A DNA stretch of 64,000 nt from the human T2T-CHM13v2.0 reference genome, Homo sapiens, in assembly GCF_009914755.1 (NCBI RefSeq), contig NC_060928.1. The stretch is one strand, 5' to 3'. Positions within the stretch are counted from its first letter, which is position 1. Every line of letters starts with the position of its first letter. Shown piece after piece: positions 26,790-43,470 of this stretch. A program made the position numbers and the translations under genes. Under the pieces are notes generated by a model. That model did no database searches and was not told where the DNA came from. It saw nothing but the letters and a program-made list of their open reading frames with translations.

Positions 26790-27908
26790 GGATAAACAAT
26801 GGGAAAAGGATTTCCTATTTAATAAGTGGTGCTGGGAGAACTGGCTAGCCATATGCAGAAAAATGAAACTGGACCCCTTCCTTACACCTTATACAAATAT
26901 TAACTCAAGAAGGATTAAAGACTTAAATATAAAACCCAAGACTATAAAAACCCTAGAAGAAAATCTAAGCAATACCTTTCAGGGCATAGGCAAGGGCAAA
27001 GATTTCATTACAAAAACGTCAAAAGCAATTGCAACAAAAGCAAAAATTGACAAATGGGATCTAAGTAAACTATAAAGAGTTTCTGCACAGCAAAAGAAAG
27101 AAACTATTCTCAGAGAAAACAGACAACCTACAAAAGGGAAGAAAAATTTTGCAATCTATTTGACAAAGGTCTAATATCCAGAGTCAACAAGTAACTTAAA
27201 CAAATTTACAATAAAACAACAAACAACTCCATTAAGAAGTGGGCAAAATGGGAGGGGAGTGAGGGATAAAAGACTACAAATATGGTGCAGTGTATAGTGC
27301 TCAGGTGATGGGTGCACCAAAATTTCACAAATCATCACTAAAGAACTCACTCATGTAACCAAATATCACTTGTACTCCAGTAACATATGGAAAAACAAAA
27401 TACAAAAGGGCATGAACAGACATTTCTCAAAAGCAGACATTTATGTGGCCAATAAATGTGTGGAAAAAAAGCTCAATATCACTGATCATTAGAGAAATGC
27501 AAATCAAAACCACAATGAGATACTGTTGCATGCCTCTCAGAATGGCGATTATTAAAAAGTTGCAACAACAGACGCTGGAGAGGTTGCAAAGAAAAAGAAA
27601 CACTTTTACACTCTTGGTGGGAGTGTAAATAAGTTCAACCATTGTGGAAGACTGTGGGAATTCCTCAAAGATCTGCAGGAAGAAATACCATTTGACCTAG
27701 CAATCCCATTACTGGGTATATACCCAGAGGAATATAAGTTATTCTATTATAAAGATACATGCATGTGTATGCTCTTTGCAGCATTATTCACAATAGCAAA
27801 GACATGGAATCAACCTAAATGTGCATTAATGATAGACTGAGTAAAAAAAGTGTGGTACATATACAACATGGAATACTATGCAGCCATAAAAAGGAATGAG
27901 ATCATGGC
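26790..27908 (+). mobile_element. Truncated L1P (older L1PA) ORF2 3' region with an embedded L1PB tail
   Basis: ORF 26752-27075 [27 protein letters not shown]...KIDKWDL is L1 ORF2p; ends at aaggaatgagatcatgg with no 3'UTR or poly(A). Confidence 0.9.
27249..27406 (+). mobile_element. L1PB(1)-like 3' terminal fragment nested in L1 ORF2
   Basis: gggataaaagactacaaatatggtgcagtgta...gatgggtgcaccaaaat..cacaaatca.cactaaagaact.actcatgtaaccaaa + A-rich tail; interrupts aagtgggcaaa|..gcatgaacagac. Confidence 0.85.
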
Positions 27909-27909
27909 T

Positions 27910-29055
27910 TATTCTTTTTCTTTATTGTAAAGGCCTATTTGTTTTTATTTCAAGTTTGTTCCAGACTAAAAAAAAAAGTACGGGGAAGTATGTGAAAAAT
28001 TGCTGCTTTTTCGATGTTTTAAAATTATTTTGTCTAATTTTAGGATAATTAAGTACTTGAGTGTTTGTTAGTATATTCCTAGAAAACCATGTGGGTCTAT
28101 GGTTTTTTTAAAAATGGAATTATGTTAATAGTTATAGGCCAACATGGGTTTTCTATTCTTGAGTTAATCAAGTTACACTTAATTTTTTTTCCAATTTAAT
28201 ATTTCAAATTTATTGGTATAAAAGTATTGATGACATATGTTTTATCTTCTCTGAATCTGTTAGCATCTACAATTAGATATGTTTATTTCTTTTTTGTCAT
28301 AGATCCAACTTTGGGGTTTTAAAATTTTCTCTATTATATGTTACTGTTCTATATTACTGCTTTATTATTTTCTCATTTTTACCTCCCTAGTTTTATTCTA
28401 CTGTCCTTTTTCTAACTCACAGAGTAATTATTTTAATAATTTTTCCACTTTTCTTCTTTTCTAAGGATAATGTTTAAAGCTATAAATTTTCCTTTAAGAA
28501 TTGCATCAGCAATTATCTCTCAACTTTTGGTATGTGTACTTTGAAACTTTTGTTGGGTTTTGAAGTATTCTGTATATATTCTACTTTCAATGCGTTCTTA
28601 TTTGTCTATGAGTTGTTTAGGATTTTTTTCCCTTCTTCTTTTTTTAGTGATTATTTTATTCAACTTAAGTAACATCTTTAATCAATTATGGAAATTTAAC
28701 CATTTAATTTGATCATGGACTCTACTTTATTCTTTCTCTGTGTTAAAACTGATTTTGTATATGTTATTGATTTTTAACCTAATTGGATTGTGGTAGATCA
28801 TATAATATGAAACATTCTAATCCTTTGGTATTTGTTAGGATCTGTTGATGGCTTAGTTCATGGTCGCTATTTCTGGACCTAAAATGAATATGTTTTTCTA
28901 AGTACAAGGTTTACATACACACACAGACACATGTATACACACACACACATATATACACACACACACACCCTTTAGATAAACCATGTTTATTACACTATTG
29001 CAGTCTGAGATATCTTCACAGATTATTTTTTCTTGCTTGGTCTACCATTTTTTGA
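27910..29055 (-). mobile_element. Ancient L1M remnant containing a (CA)n tract (28915-28967)
   Basis: gaaaaccatgtgggtctatggtttttt, aaagctataaattttcctttaagaattgc, cctaattggattgtggt, aaaatgaatatgttttc. Confidence 0.65.
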
Positions 29056-29057
29056 GA

Positions 29058-29370
29058 GATCCTTCAGGTATCACCACACTGTCTTCCACAATGGTTGAAC
29101 TTATTTACACTCCCACCAACAATGTGAAAGTGTGCCTTTTTCTTCACAACCTTTCCAGCATCTGTTGTTTCAATTTTTTAATAATCGTCATTCTGATAGG
29201 CATAAGATGGTATTTCACTGTGGTTTTGACTACAAATATGGTGCAGTGTGTACTGCTCAGGTGATGGGTGCACCACAATCTCACAAATCACCACTAAAGA
29301 ACTTACTCATGTAACCAAATACCACCTGTACCCCATACCTTACAGATAAACAAAATAAAAAATAAAATAG
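29058..29370. mobile_element. Inverted L1 junction: antisense ORF2 piece (29058-29229) joined to a sense L1PB tail (29228-29370)
   Basis: gatccttcagg...cacactgtcttccacaatggttgaact...gtggttttga then gactacaaatatggtgcag...catgtaaccaaataccacctgtacccc + A-tail; 2-bp GA overlap. Confidence 0.85.
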
Positions 29371-30537
29371 GGCCGGGCATGGTGGCTTATGCCTGTAATC
29401 CCAGCACTTTGGGGAAGCCAAAGCAGGTGGATCATCTGAGGTCAGGAGTTCAAGACCAGCCTGATAAACAAGGTGAAATCCAGTCTCTACTAAAAATACA
29501 AAAATTAGCCAGGGGTGTGTTCCAAGATGGCCGAATAGGAACAGCTCCAGTCTACAGCTCCCAGGGTGAGTGACACAGAAGATGGGTGATTTGTGCATTT
29601 CCAACTGAGGTACCAGGTTCATCTCACTGGGGCTTGTCGGACAGTGGGTGCAAGACTGGGTGCAGCCCACCGAGCATAAGCCGAAGCAGAGCGAGGCATC
29701 GCCTCACCTCGGAAGCACAAGGGGTCAGGGAATTCCCTTTTCTAGCCAAGGGAAGTGGTGACAGACAGCACTTGGAAAATCAGGTCACTCCCACCCTAAT
29801 ACTGTGCTTTTCCAATGGTCTTAGCAAATGGCACTCCAGGAGATTATATCCTGCGCATGACTCGGAGGGTCCCACACCCACAGAGCCTCGCTCATTGCTA
29901 GCACAGCAGTCTGAGATCTAACTGCAAGGCGGCAGCGAGGCTGGGGGAGGGGTTCCCGCCATTGCTGAGGCTTGAGTAGGTAAACAAAGCAGCAGGGAAA
30001 CTTGAACTGGGTGGAGCCCACCGCAGCTCAAGGAGGCCTGCCTGCTTCTGTACACTCCACCTCTGAGAGCAGGGCATAGCTGACCAAAAGGCAGGAGAAA
30101 CCTCTGCAGACTTAAATGTCCCTGTCTGACAGCTTTGAAGAGAGTAGTGGTTGTCCTAGTACGGAGTCTGAGATTTGAGAACAGAGAGACTGCCTCCTCA
30201 AGTGGGTCCCTGACCTCCGAGTAGCCTAACTGGGAGGCACCCCCCAGTAGGGGCAGACTGACACATCACATGGCTGGGTACCCCTCTGAGATGAAGCTTC
30301 TAGAGGAATGATCAGACAGCAACATTTGCTGTTCAGCAATATTTGCTGTTCTGCAGGCTCTGCTGCTGATACCCAGGCAAACAGGGTCTGGAGTAGACCT
30401 CCAGCAAACTCCAACAGACCTGCAGCTGAGGGTCCTGACTGATAGAAGGAAAACTAACAAACAGAAAGGACATCCACTTCATAACCCTATCTGTACGTCA
30501 CCATCATCAAAGACCAAAGGTAGATAAAACCACAAAG

Positions 30538-31550
30538 ATGGGGAAAAAACAGAGCCAAAAAGCTGAAAATTCTAAAAATCAGAGTGCCTCTCCCCCTTCA
30601 AATGAATGCAGCTTCTCACCAGCAACGGAATAAAGCTGGACAGAGAATGACTTTGATGAGTTGAGAGAAGAAGGCTTCAGATGATCAAACTTCTCCGAGC
30701 TAAAAGAGGAAGTTCGAACCCATTGCAAAGAAGTTAAAAATCTTGAAAAAAGATCAGACAAATGGCTAAATAACCAGTGTAGAGAAGTCCTTAAATGACC
30801 TGATGGAGCTGAAAACCATGGCATGAGAACTACGTGACAAATGCACAAGCTTCAGTAGCAGATTTGATCACCTGCAAGAAAGGGTATCAGTGATTGAAGA
30901 TCAAATGAATGAAATGAAGCAAAAAGAGAATTTTAGAGAAAAAAGAGTAAAAAGAAATGAACAAAGCCTCCAAGAAATATGGGACTATGTGAAAAGACCA
31001 AATCTGCATCTGATTGGCATACCTGAAAGTGACGGGGAGAATGGAATCAAGTTGGAAAACACTCTGCAGGATATTATCCAGGAGAACTTCCCCAATCTAG
31101 CAAGACAGGCCAACATTCAAATTCAGGAAATACAGAGAACACCACAAAGATACTCCTCGAGAAGAGCAACTCCAAGACACATAATTGTCAGATTCACCAA
31201 AGTTGAAATGAAGGAAAAAATGTTAAGGGCAGCCAGAGAGAAAGGTCGGGTTACCCACAAAGGGAAGCCCATCAGACTAACAGCGGATCTCTCGGCAGAA
31301 ACTCTACAAGCCAGAAGAGAGTGAGGGCCAATATTCAACATTCTTAAAGAAAAGAATTTTCAACCCAGAATTTCATATCCGGCCAAACTAAGCTTCATAA
31401 GTGAAGGAGAAATAAAATACTTTACAGACAAGCAAATGCTGAGAGATTTTTGTCACCACCAGGCCTGCCCTAAAAGAGCTCCTGAAGGAAGCACTAAACA
31501 TTGAAAGGAACAACCGGTACCAGCCACTGCAAAAACATGACAAATTGTAA
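30538..31550 (+). pseudogene. L1 ORF1p (RNA-binding protein), disrupted
   Basis: atggggaaaaaacagagc start; premature TAA at 30631-30633; ORF 30890-31324 (EQSLQEIWDYVKRPNL...IRLTADLSAETLQARRE); normal stop caaattgtaa at 31550. Confidence 0.93.
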
Positions 31551-31613
31551 AGACCATTGAGTTTAGGAAGAAACTGCATCAACTAATGAGCAAAATAACC
31601 AGGTAACATCATA

Positions 31614-35435
<3,822 letters not shown>

Positions 35436-35854
35436 ACAATGAGAACACTTGGACCCAGGAAGGGGAACATCACACACCGAGGCCTGTTGTGGGGTGGGGG
35501 GAGGGGGGAGGGATAGCATTAGGAGATATACCTAATGTAAATGACCAGTTAATGGGTGCAGCACACCAACATGGCACATGTATACATATGTAACAAACCT
35601 GCACGTTGTGCACATGTACCTTGTAACTTAAAGTATAATAAAAAAAAATGATTGGATACAAAAAACAATTAGCCAGGGATGGCAGCGTGTGCCTGTAATC
35701 TCAGCTACTAGGGAGGCTGAGACAGGAGAATTGCTTGAACCTAGGAGGCAGAGGTTGCAGAGTGCCAAGATCACACCACTGCCCTCCAGCCTGGGTGATG
35801 GAGTGAGACGCCGCCTAAAGAAAAAAAAATTAATAAAATAAAATAAAAAGGAAC

Positions 35855-35913
35855 TGGAAAAAGACATGAGCATACACTTCTCAAAAGAAGATCATTGATC
35901 ATTAGAGAAATGC
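35855..35913 (+). mobile_element. Short L1 ORF2 piece with an internal deletion
   Basis: tggaaaaagacatgagcatacacttctcaaaagaaga / tcattgatcattagagaaatgc. Confidence 0.7.
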
Positions 35914-36413
35914 TTCTACCAAGACTAGACAAACAAGTTTTCTTGCTATATATCTCTCTTCTCAGTTTTATTTTGGGTTTCCCTTATTCGAAAAGCACAC
36001 AGCTCTTCGTGTTCTCCAGTTTAGTTCAGTGTTTCTGTTAGCCTTTTTGCATTGGGAAGCCTATAGAAGTTGTTTTCCCAGGCTTTTAACACAAAACCAA
36101 TGCCAAAAGTCTCCAAGAATTGGTGAATGATCTCAAGTTAGAAGCCACCTTCAGAGCTCACTTACCTCTCTGGATTCCTGCTTTTACCTTATTTTTGTCC
36201 TCTCACATGTCCTTCCTTTTTGTCAATTTAGCAGTAAATTAAGAACATTTTAAAAATATTCTATCACTATCATCACTTAAGCAAGCAAGCAAGAAAGTAG
36301 AAAAAAAAAAAAGGAAAATACTACAGGTAAATTTCCATTCCAAAGAATGACTGAACTAGGCAGAAGAGAGAAACAATGAAGTACAAAAGGAAAATTTGCT
36401 GTGGAATATCAAG

Positions 36414-36771
36414 TGATATGGTTTGGCTCTGTGTCCCCACCCAAATCTCATCTTGTAGTTCCCATAATTCCCACATATTGTGGGAGGAGTCCAGTGAGAG
36501 GTAATTGAATCATGGAGGCGGGTCTTTCCTATGCTGTTCTCATGATAGCAAATAAGTCTCACAAGAGCTGTTGGTATTATAAGAGAGAGTTTCCCTGCAC
36601 AAGCTCTCTCTGTTTGCCTGCCACCATTGATTTAAGATGTGACTTGCTCCTCCTTGCCTTCTGAGGCCTCCTCAGCCACATGGAGCTGTGCGTCCAGTTA
36701 AACCTCTTTCTTTTGTAAATTGCCTAGTCTTGGGTATGTCTTTATCAGCAACGTGAAAATGGACTAATACA
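36414..36771 (+). mobile_element. THE1B-like MaLR solo LTR
   Basis: tgatatggtttggctctgtgtccccacccaaatctc...ggactaataca; perfect TSD tcaag at 36409-36413 and 36772-36776. Confidence 0.92.
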
Positions 36772-39690
36772 TCAAGTATCAGTGTTCTGTAATCTGTCCC
36801 ATTTCATAGTGGAGAAATATTCCTAATGAGAATGCCATTGATCTGTTTATCCTACAATCTTTATTCCACCCACAGAACTCACATAGATTTCCCTTCAGTG
36901 TCCTTGTGTCTTGCACTTGAGCATATCTCTGGGAGCTGTGGCAAAGCCTGTGGTGTACCCACAGCCACTCTCTGTTGTCAACCCTGTAATGTTGGACTTA
37001 GAAAAACAGAGAAAGGGTGGAGGGGGTGGAGGTGGAGGTACTGAGAGAAGAAAATGAGTCATATGTAGGTTTTCAACCTTTGTACCATATTTATTATTTA
37101 ACCTCAATGTTGTTCCCTCCCTCCCCGCCTTCTCTCCCAAAACCCCATGTTCTCTGAGACCTCTAGCTCCAGGGATTATTCTCTTGACTACACCCCAATT
37201 TAAGTCTATTTTAGCATCTCTAACCTGGCCAGAGGAACACATGCTGCTTTAAAATATTAACACAGTCCTTGTTTCTGTTTTCTTTGATGTCTCATAATTT
37301 TTGAGGTTGTAGTTATCTACACTGAAATTGGAAAGAAATGTAGAGGGATTTAGTCCAGTGGACATTGCCTCCCCACCTCCTTCCTATTTTCCATTTTATT
37401 TTTATGGGATGTGTAATGTTTAATAAATAAACAATCTGCATTGTTTTGTTTTTGTGTTGTTAATCATTTCTTTAAAATTCTAACTAGCAATTTTACATGG
37501 TTTGGGTGGCAAGGTTTTCAGGGACTTTAATTCTCCTTATTACTTGAATCAGAAGTCCCTGCTAAATTTTTCTCAAAGAGTATTGCTTGTCCCCACAGAG
37601 AGTATTGACTGTCCCAAATGTGGTTTTGGAGCCCTTGACTTATATTTATAAGGAACTTACCAACTGGCAAATATAGAAAACACTGACATGGATAATTTAA
37701 CTAGGTAATTCTGGTAGCTTTTCCACTTACTTAGAAAGCCATCAGAACTCAGAAGGGCCCTCAGTGGATCCAGTCCTGTGGAAGTGTTACTGTATTTCTG
37801 AGGTTCCTGTTAGTAACAGGAACGCCCTGAAGCCATTTGGGAGCTCCAAGGATGCAGACCTGTCTAACAGCAAGCACTGAGGACTAAGAAGCTGAGATTT
37901 GACCCCTACTGGGCCTTTTTGGCACTCTGTGTTCATGATCTTATGCAGGAAAGATCAGTTTACCTTGATTTCTTCCTTTGAAACAGAGAGTTGTTACAAG
38001 AAACAAATAAAATAATATTGAAAAACACTTTGGAAAAGGAAAATGTTCCACAGACATGTAAAATAACACAAGAGCTGTTATAAATACAAATGAAGTCCCT
38101 TGAGACCATTTAAACCAGTGCAGGGGCCTATGGAGTCCAACCAGCGCTGAGGTGACTTTGGAAACTCAGCCAGGTCAACAGGTCCTCAGCAGCAGCAGCC
38201 TGGGGTGGCTCAAATCTTGCTTGCATTTCTGTTGCCCTTCCCTGTGAGCTGCGGGTTGTTAGGCTGATTAAGTTTAAGAGTTAATTTCTAAACACCTTAA
38301 GAACAATGTTAACAGTTTATTAAACTACTGTTTATTAACCACTAGTGTAACACTGTTTAATAAACTACTGTTTATTCTCCTGCAAATGGAAGTTTCATTC
38401 TAATGTCCTCTGTTCTCCAGTCCTTTGCAATGATCATCTGAAATGATTCTCTAACAAGCACTAAGCAACAAGAGCATTTCCAGGGCACTTCTCAGATTGT
38501 TCTCTAATGTTATAATTGCTACTCAAAATTCTAGATTTTGGTTAAAAAGGAGTTTCAGCAAAAACTGTGGTTTGCACTGCAAATACATTCAACCTGCCAA
38601 TAGCCTTGTTTTTCATCTAGTTACTGTGTACACAGATACAGAAAGAGGCAGAAAGAACATGGTGCTGAGGAAGGGGATGCCTTCCCAATAGAGAGGAAAT
38701 TGCCAATAATTCACAAAAGTGGAGGCTTAGAAAGTTGAAAAGGTCACTCTCCAGGCTGTGACAATAGGAGGCATTTGTTTTATACAGGAGTTATGTTCAG
38801 TGTTATCTGTTATATGCTATCCGTATAAATCATTTTGACCCATGTTACTTCTTGAACAAAATTATCTGCTTTACAGTTGCTTCCTATCCTGATGTCATCA
38901 ATATTTATAGCTTTTTCTTAAGTTAAAATTGCAGTGTAATTTTAATACACTATTTGTGAAGCTACAATTTTTACTCTCAACATTTTCATGTAATGTGTGA
39001 ATTTTAAGACAAATTTGGAAGTTTTATGAACCAGATTTTAGGAGTAGGAGAATTAACCTCTTCTGTGGATAAAATAGAAATAGAAGCTTTCCAAAGTGAC
39101 TGCAGTTATTGTTAAGGTATTAAAATATTAATTCAATTAGGAGTCAATTTTAAACTCAGAAGCAGCACAGTGCAGATTTAACACTTAAAAGGCCTTAAAA
39201 ACTATTCTACCTAGTAAGTCATTTACTGTGAACAACAGTGTTCCTACCAGATGATGGTATACATAAAGAGGTATTTATTAACTTAGAAAACTTTCTCCTT
39301 TTTTTCAAAGAACTGTATTAAAAAGGTATCTAATATGTAAATTTGATTATAATTACCAGAAGTAAAATTGAAAAAGAAGAAAAGAAAACTGTAGTTATCC
39401 TACAGTAGTCATTTTCTCTGGATGTGTATAAATTGTTTTTAATACCTCTTGTAGAAAACGTATGCCACAAAAAACTCGTGACAAGTGCTGGTCAGAATAG
39501 TGTACAACAAAGACACATTTTCCTTTCTAGAAGTAGCAAGGCATTGCCTAAATTGTTCCTTTTAGAAATAGTTTTATTGCATATTATCTTCAAATGTTGT
39601 GAGAGTAAACACCTCAAAAGTAATGTTTTGTTACCCACGTCATTTGTCTATTTCTTTCTCTTCTCTATCTTTTCATTGAATGTCAATTAG

Positions 39691-39705
39691 GCTATTCCCT
39701 AGACT
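39691..39705 (+). other. Candidate 15-nt microexon of an unidentified + strand gene
   Basis: Long pyrimidine tract (~39651-39674), then aattag|GCTATTCCCTAGACT|gtaagt; length divisible by 3; GCATG ~57 nt downstream. Confidence 0.4.
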
Positions 39706-41844
39706 GTAAGTGTGAAAATCTTCCTCGAGGATAGGATTCTGGCCAAGTGCCACCTTCTTAAGCATGCTCTGACATGTTCTAAAATGCCTTCTGATCTACC
39801 AAGTCTTTGAGTTCATTTCGTGAGAAGTATTGCTCTCTTTTATGTTTGTTTCTTAATTTATCTTTCATAGGCCCTTCAGGACATATTGTTCATTAGACCA
39901 TGACTGAAAATAATGTGATTTCTGGTATAATTATATATTTTTTCACATGCTATGTTTAATGTCCTTTAAAGAGCATAAAGAAGTGCTCCAAGACTTTCTT
40001 TGTTTTTTTTTCTTTCTCATCTCTTTATATCTTATGTCTTCTTCCAAGCATAATATAAACAGGCTGAAAATTGAGTCAAGTATTAATAACATCCAATAAT
40101 AATAAGGTAATGCTATCATTGTTAGGGTTTTTTGTTTTGATTGTGTTCTCAAATCCTCCATCTTTTATAACTAGTTTCTATTGCCAAATGTAACTTATGT
40201 GTTTGTGTATATGTGTGTAGATATATTTAATGGAGACATAAACAGAAATGTTAGTACCATTCAAATGCCCATTGATGTAATCCACATAAGATAACCTAAT
40301 AAATCTGAGAAAAAAAAAATAGGAAGAAAAAAATCCATTACAGTGTCTCATCAGGATCATCATTTATCTGTTGAACATAAGGAATTATTTAAGTCATAGC
40401 ATCTATCTTGTCCTTCTTCATGTCCTTCTCCAAAATATTTATTCAGTTTACTTTGCACTTAGTAAAACTTAAAAACACAATTTGAATTGTATCCGCTTGG
40501 CAATAAATACCAAAAGGAAGAAATTTGGATTACTAATTGCAAACTACCAGCCAAACCTAAATTTAATAGACAGGGTTGTTTCTGTGAGTTTTGTTTGCTC
40601 CAAGTTGGTTTGTGGGGACAAGCCAAATAGAAATGAAATATCCATTGTTGATAAAAATAAAACATTTATCTAAAAATGGAGGCAAATAGAAAACTCAAAG
40701 AAAGGTTATATTTCAAGTGACTAAACTATCAGACCAAGTCACACTGTCCCATGCTGTGATCAGCAAGAAGATAAGGTCTTCACCATCTGTTCTCTGGGGG
40801 TCTTGAGTTTAAATCTCAATGGGAGACTACTGCAGGATGCCAGGGGAAAGGAAAAGGTAATTTGGAAATTTTGCATTTTTTATGCCAAAGCAATAAGGAT
40901 TCTTACATATATTTATTTATAAGAACAGATAGCATTCCATCCCAACACTAATATTAAACAGGCTACGATTTAATAAAATATGGAGATCCATTTCAGCTTA
41001 CACTGTATGTTTCAATTTTCACTTACAATGTCTGGGATATACCATGTACACACAAAATAGGTATCAACAATTATACTTAACACTGTTTAGTTTGTCTAAC
41101 CATAATGCTGTTGGATTAACAGTGTTCTAATTGGAATTGGCTGATCAACTTTAAAAGTATTTTAAACTTCATCAAATGTGATCCTATATTTTTTCCTCAT
41201 GTCTGATGATGGGAGGAGAGTTCACAATCAGGTTGAAGTCACTTTAGTACTAAAGCAAAGCAAACACACTTTTAGATGTGATGTGAAATAACCTCAGAGA
41301 TGCTGGCATCTGGTGCTATCTAGACTATAATACAGCAGAGTGATGTGGTTGCAGTGGTTTTTACAGGTACTCGAGAGGAGAGAGTGCATACATCAGGTTC
41401 TTTGCATCATGTCTATTTTAGTTTTCTATTATTTCTCCTGGTTTCCTGGGGAGACAGCATTTATGTCTCAAAAAAAATCTTCAATACTGAAAGCATTTAT
41501 GGAAAGCATAAATAACATTTTCTTTCTCAAAACAATAAATGCCCTCAAAATGCAAAAGCCTACTCCTCTTTTCCTCTTCTTTCACAACTCACATCCCTCT
41601 CCTACCTCCATGCTACAAGTAGTCATTTCATAACAAATAAAATGATTGTGTCTAGACAACTATGTTGGATGTTTAAAGAAAGTGTTTATTGTCTGTACCA
41701 CCCAGCACATCATGCAGTCCCTTATACAAAGACCCTAAAGGAAAGGTCTAATCTTTCCTTTGTCCTGAACACTGCAACCAAAACAACCTTAGTTTGGTAG
41801 TTCCTTGGTCAAAGCCTTATTTCTGCACTGCCTACTATATTTAG

Positions 41845-42152
41845 TACATTCCTCCATATCTGCGGGGGATTGGTTTCAGGCCCCCTCCTTGGATACCTAG
41901 GCTTTCATATAATATGTATTTGCATAGAACCTACACACATTCTCTCGTATACTTTAAATCATCTCTAGATTACTTATAATACCTAATACAATGTAAATGC
42001 TACACAAGTAGTTGTTATACTCTATTGGGTTTTTTTTTCATTATTTTTTAGGGTCATATGGTTATTTTTATCTATTTTTTTCCCAAATATTTTCAACCGG
42101 TGGTTGTTTGAATCTGTGAATATGGAACCCAATGGATATGGAGGCTGACTGC
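41845..42152 (+). mobile_element. MER2/Tigger3-related non-autonomous DNA element
   Basis: ggggattggtttcagg...gtatactttaaatcatctctagattacttataatacctaatacaatgtaaatgcta...gaatctgtgaatatggaaccc..tggatatggagg.ctgactg. Confidence 0.85.
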
Positions 42153-42157
42153 ACAGA

Positions 42158-42412
42158 CATTCAAGGCCTTCACAGTCTGGCTTCACTCGATCTCTCCCAG
42201 GCTATTCTAACTTTTCACAGACAATTCTCCTGCCAGTCACGCATCATTACTGTAACAAGTTATGGCTTATCCTTCCTTTGTGATTTTGCTCAAATTTGTT
42301 CTTCCTGGAATGTCCTTAGGACCTTTCTAACAGTTCTGGTGATTGGCGTTCTAAAAATTTTTCAAGGCCTAGGCCAAATACCACTTCATCCATGAAGACT
42401 TACCAAATCCCA
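42158..42412 (+). mobile_element. L2 remnant
   Basis: cattcaaggccttcacagtctggc...ttcttcctggaatgtcc...ttcaaggcctaggccaaataccacttcatccatgaagact. Confidence 0.55.
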
Positions 42413-42457
42413 AATGAGAAAAGATTTCTCCTTTTTAAATATTTTTAACTATCTTTT

Positions 42458-42813
42458 CTTTCCTCGTAACTTTCATTTTAGGTCCAGTGGGTACATGAAC
42501 AGGTTTGTCATGTGGGTAAATTAGGTGTCCTGCAGGCTTGGTGTACAGATTATTTTGTCACCCAGGTAATGAGCGTAAGTAGTTTTTCAACCCTCACCTT
42601 CCTCCCATCCTCCACCCTCAAGTAGGCCCCGGTGTCTATTTTTCTTTCTTTGAGTCCATGTGCACTCAATGTTTAGCTCCCACTTGTGAATGAGAACATC
42701 CAGTATTTGATTTTCTGTTCCTGAGTTAATACACTTAGGATAAGCAAATTTCCATGTTGCTGCAAAGGACGTGATTTTGATCTTTTTTTATGGCTGTGTA
42801 GTATTCCACTGTG
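42458..42813 (-). mobile_element. 5'-truncated L1PA15/16-like 3' end
   Basis: aactttcattttaggt...gggtacatg..caggtttgt.atgtgggtaaatt...ttggtgtacagattattttgtcacccagg; 12-bp TSD taactatctttt at 42446-42457 and 42817-42828. Confidence 0.88.
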
Positions 42814-42892
42814 TTGTAACTATCTTTTAGCATTTATCTTGTGCAATAGTATTACAGTAAACCATACATAACTAATTTCATTAAAACAAGTT

Positions 42893-43189
42893 GGCCAGGT
42901 GCTGTGGCTCACGCCTGTAATCCCAGCACTTTGGGAGGCCAAGGCAGTCGGATCATGAGGTCAGGAGTTCAAGACATGCCTGGCCAAGATGGTGAAACCC
43001 CGTTTCTACTAAAAATACAAAAATTAGCTGGGCATGGTGGCAGATGCCTGTAATCCCAGCTACTTGGGAGGCTGAGGCAGGGAATTACTTGAACCAGGGA
43101 GGCGGAGGTTGCAGTGAGCCAAGATCGTGCCATTGCACTCCAGTCTGGGTGATAGAGTGAGACTCCATCTCAAAAAGAAAAAAAAAAAA
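42893..43189 (+). mobile_element. AluS (Sg-like)
   Basis: Full dimer; gatcatgaggtcaggagttc (2-bp deletion type); TSD aaaacaagtt / aaaaaaagtt. Confidence 0.94.
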
Positions 43190-43356
43190 GTTATTCCATT
43201 CATCTTAACCAATTGTTTTCTATTACCTTGCATACTCCTTTATGAGAAAGAACTCAATGATTATTAAACTGAATTTTCTAAAGATGAAATAGATGTTGCT
43301 TGTGAGGTTCTAGTGCTAAAAGTATAGAGGGCAATCCTGGTTTCTTGTCTTGGTTG

Positions 43357-43470
43357 TCATTCATTCATTCTTCCAGCAAATATTTATCAAGTGCTTGCAT
43401 GCCACTTTGTGAAGCAATAGGGATACAAGAATCAATAAAATAGATGTGGTCACTCCTTTTATGGAGCAAC
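43357..43470 (-). mobile_element. L2 3' end
   Basis: tcattcattcattc..cagcaaatatttatcaagtgct...ggatacaa...aataaaatagatgtggtcactcc. Confidence 0.65.
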
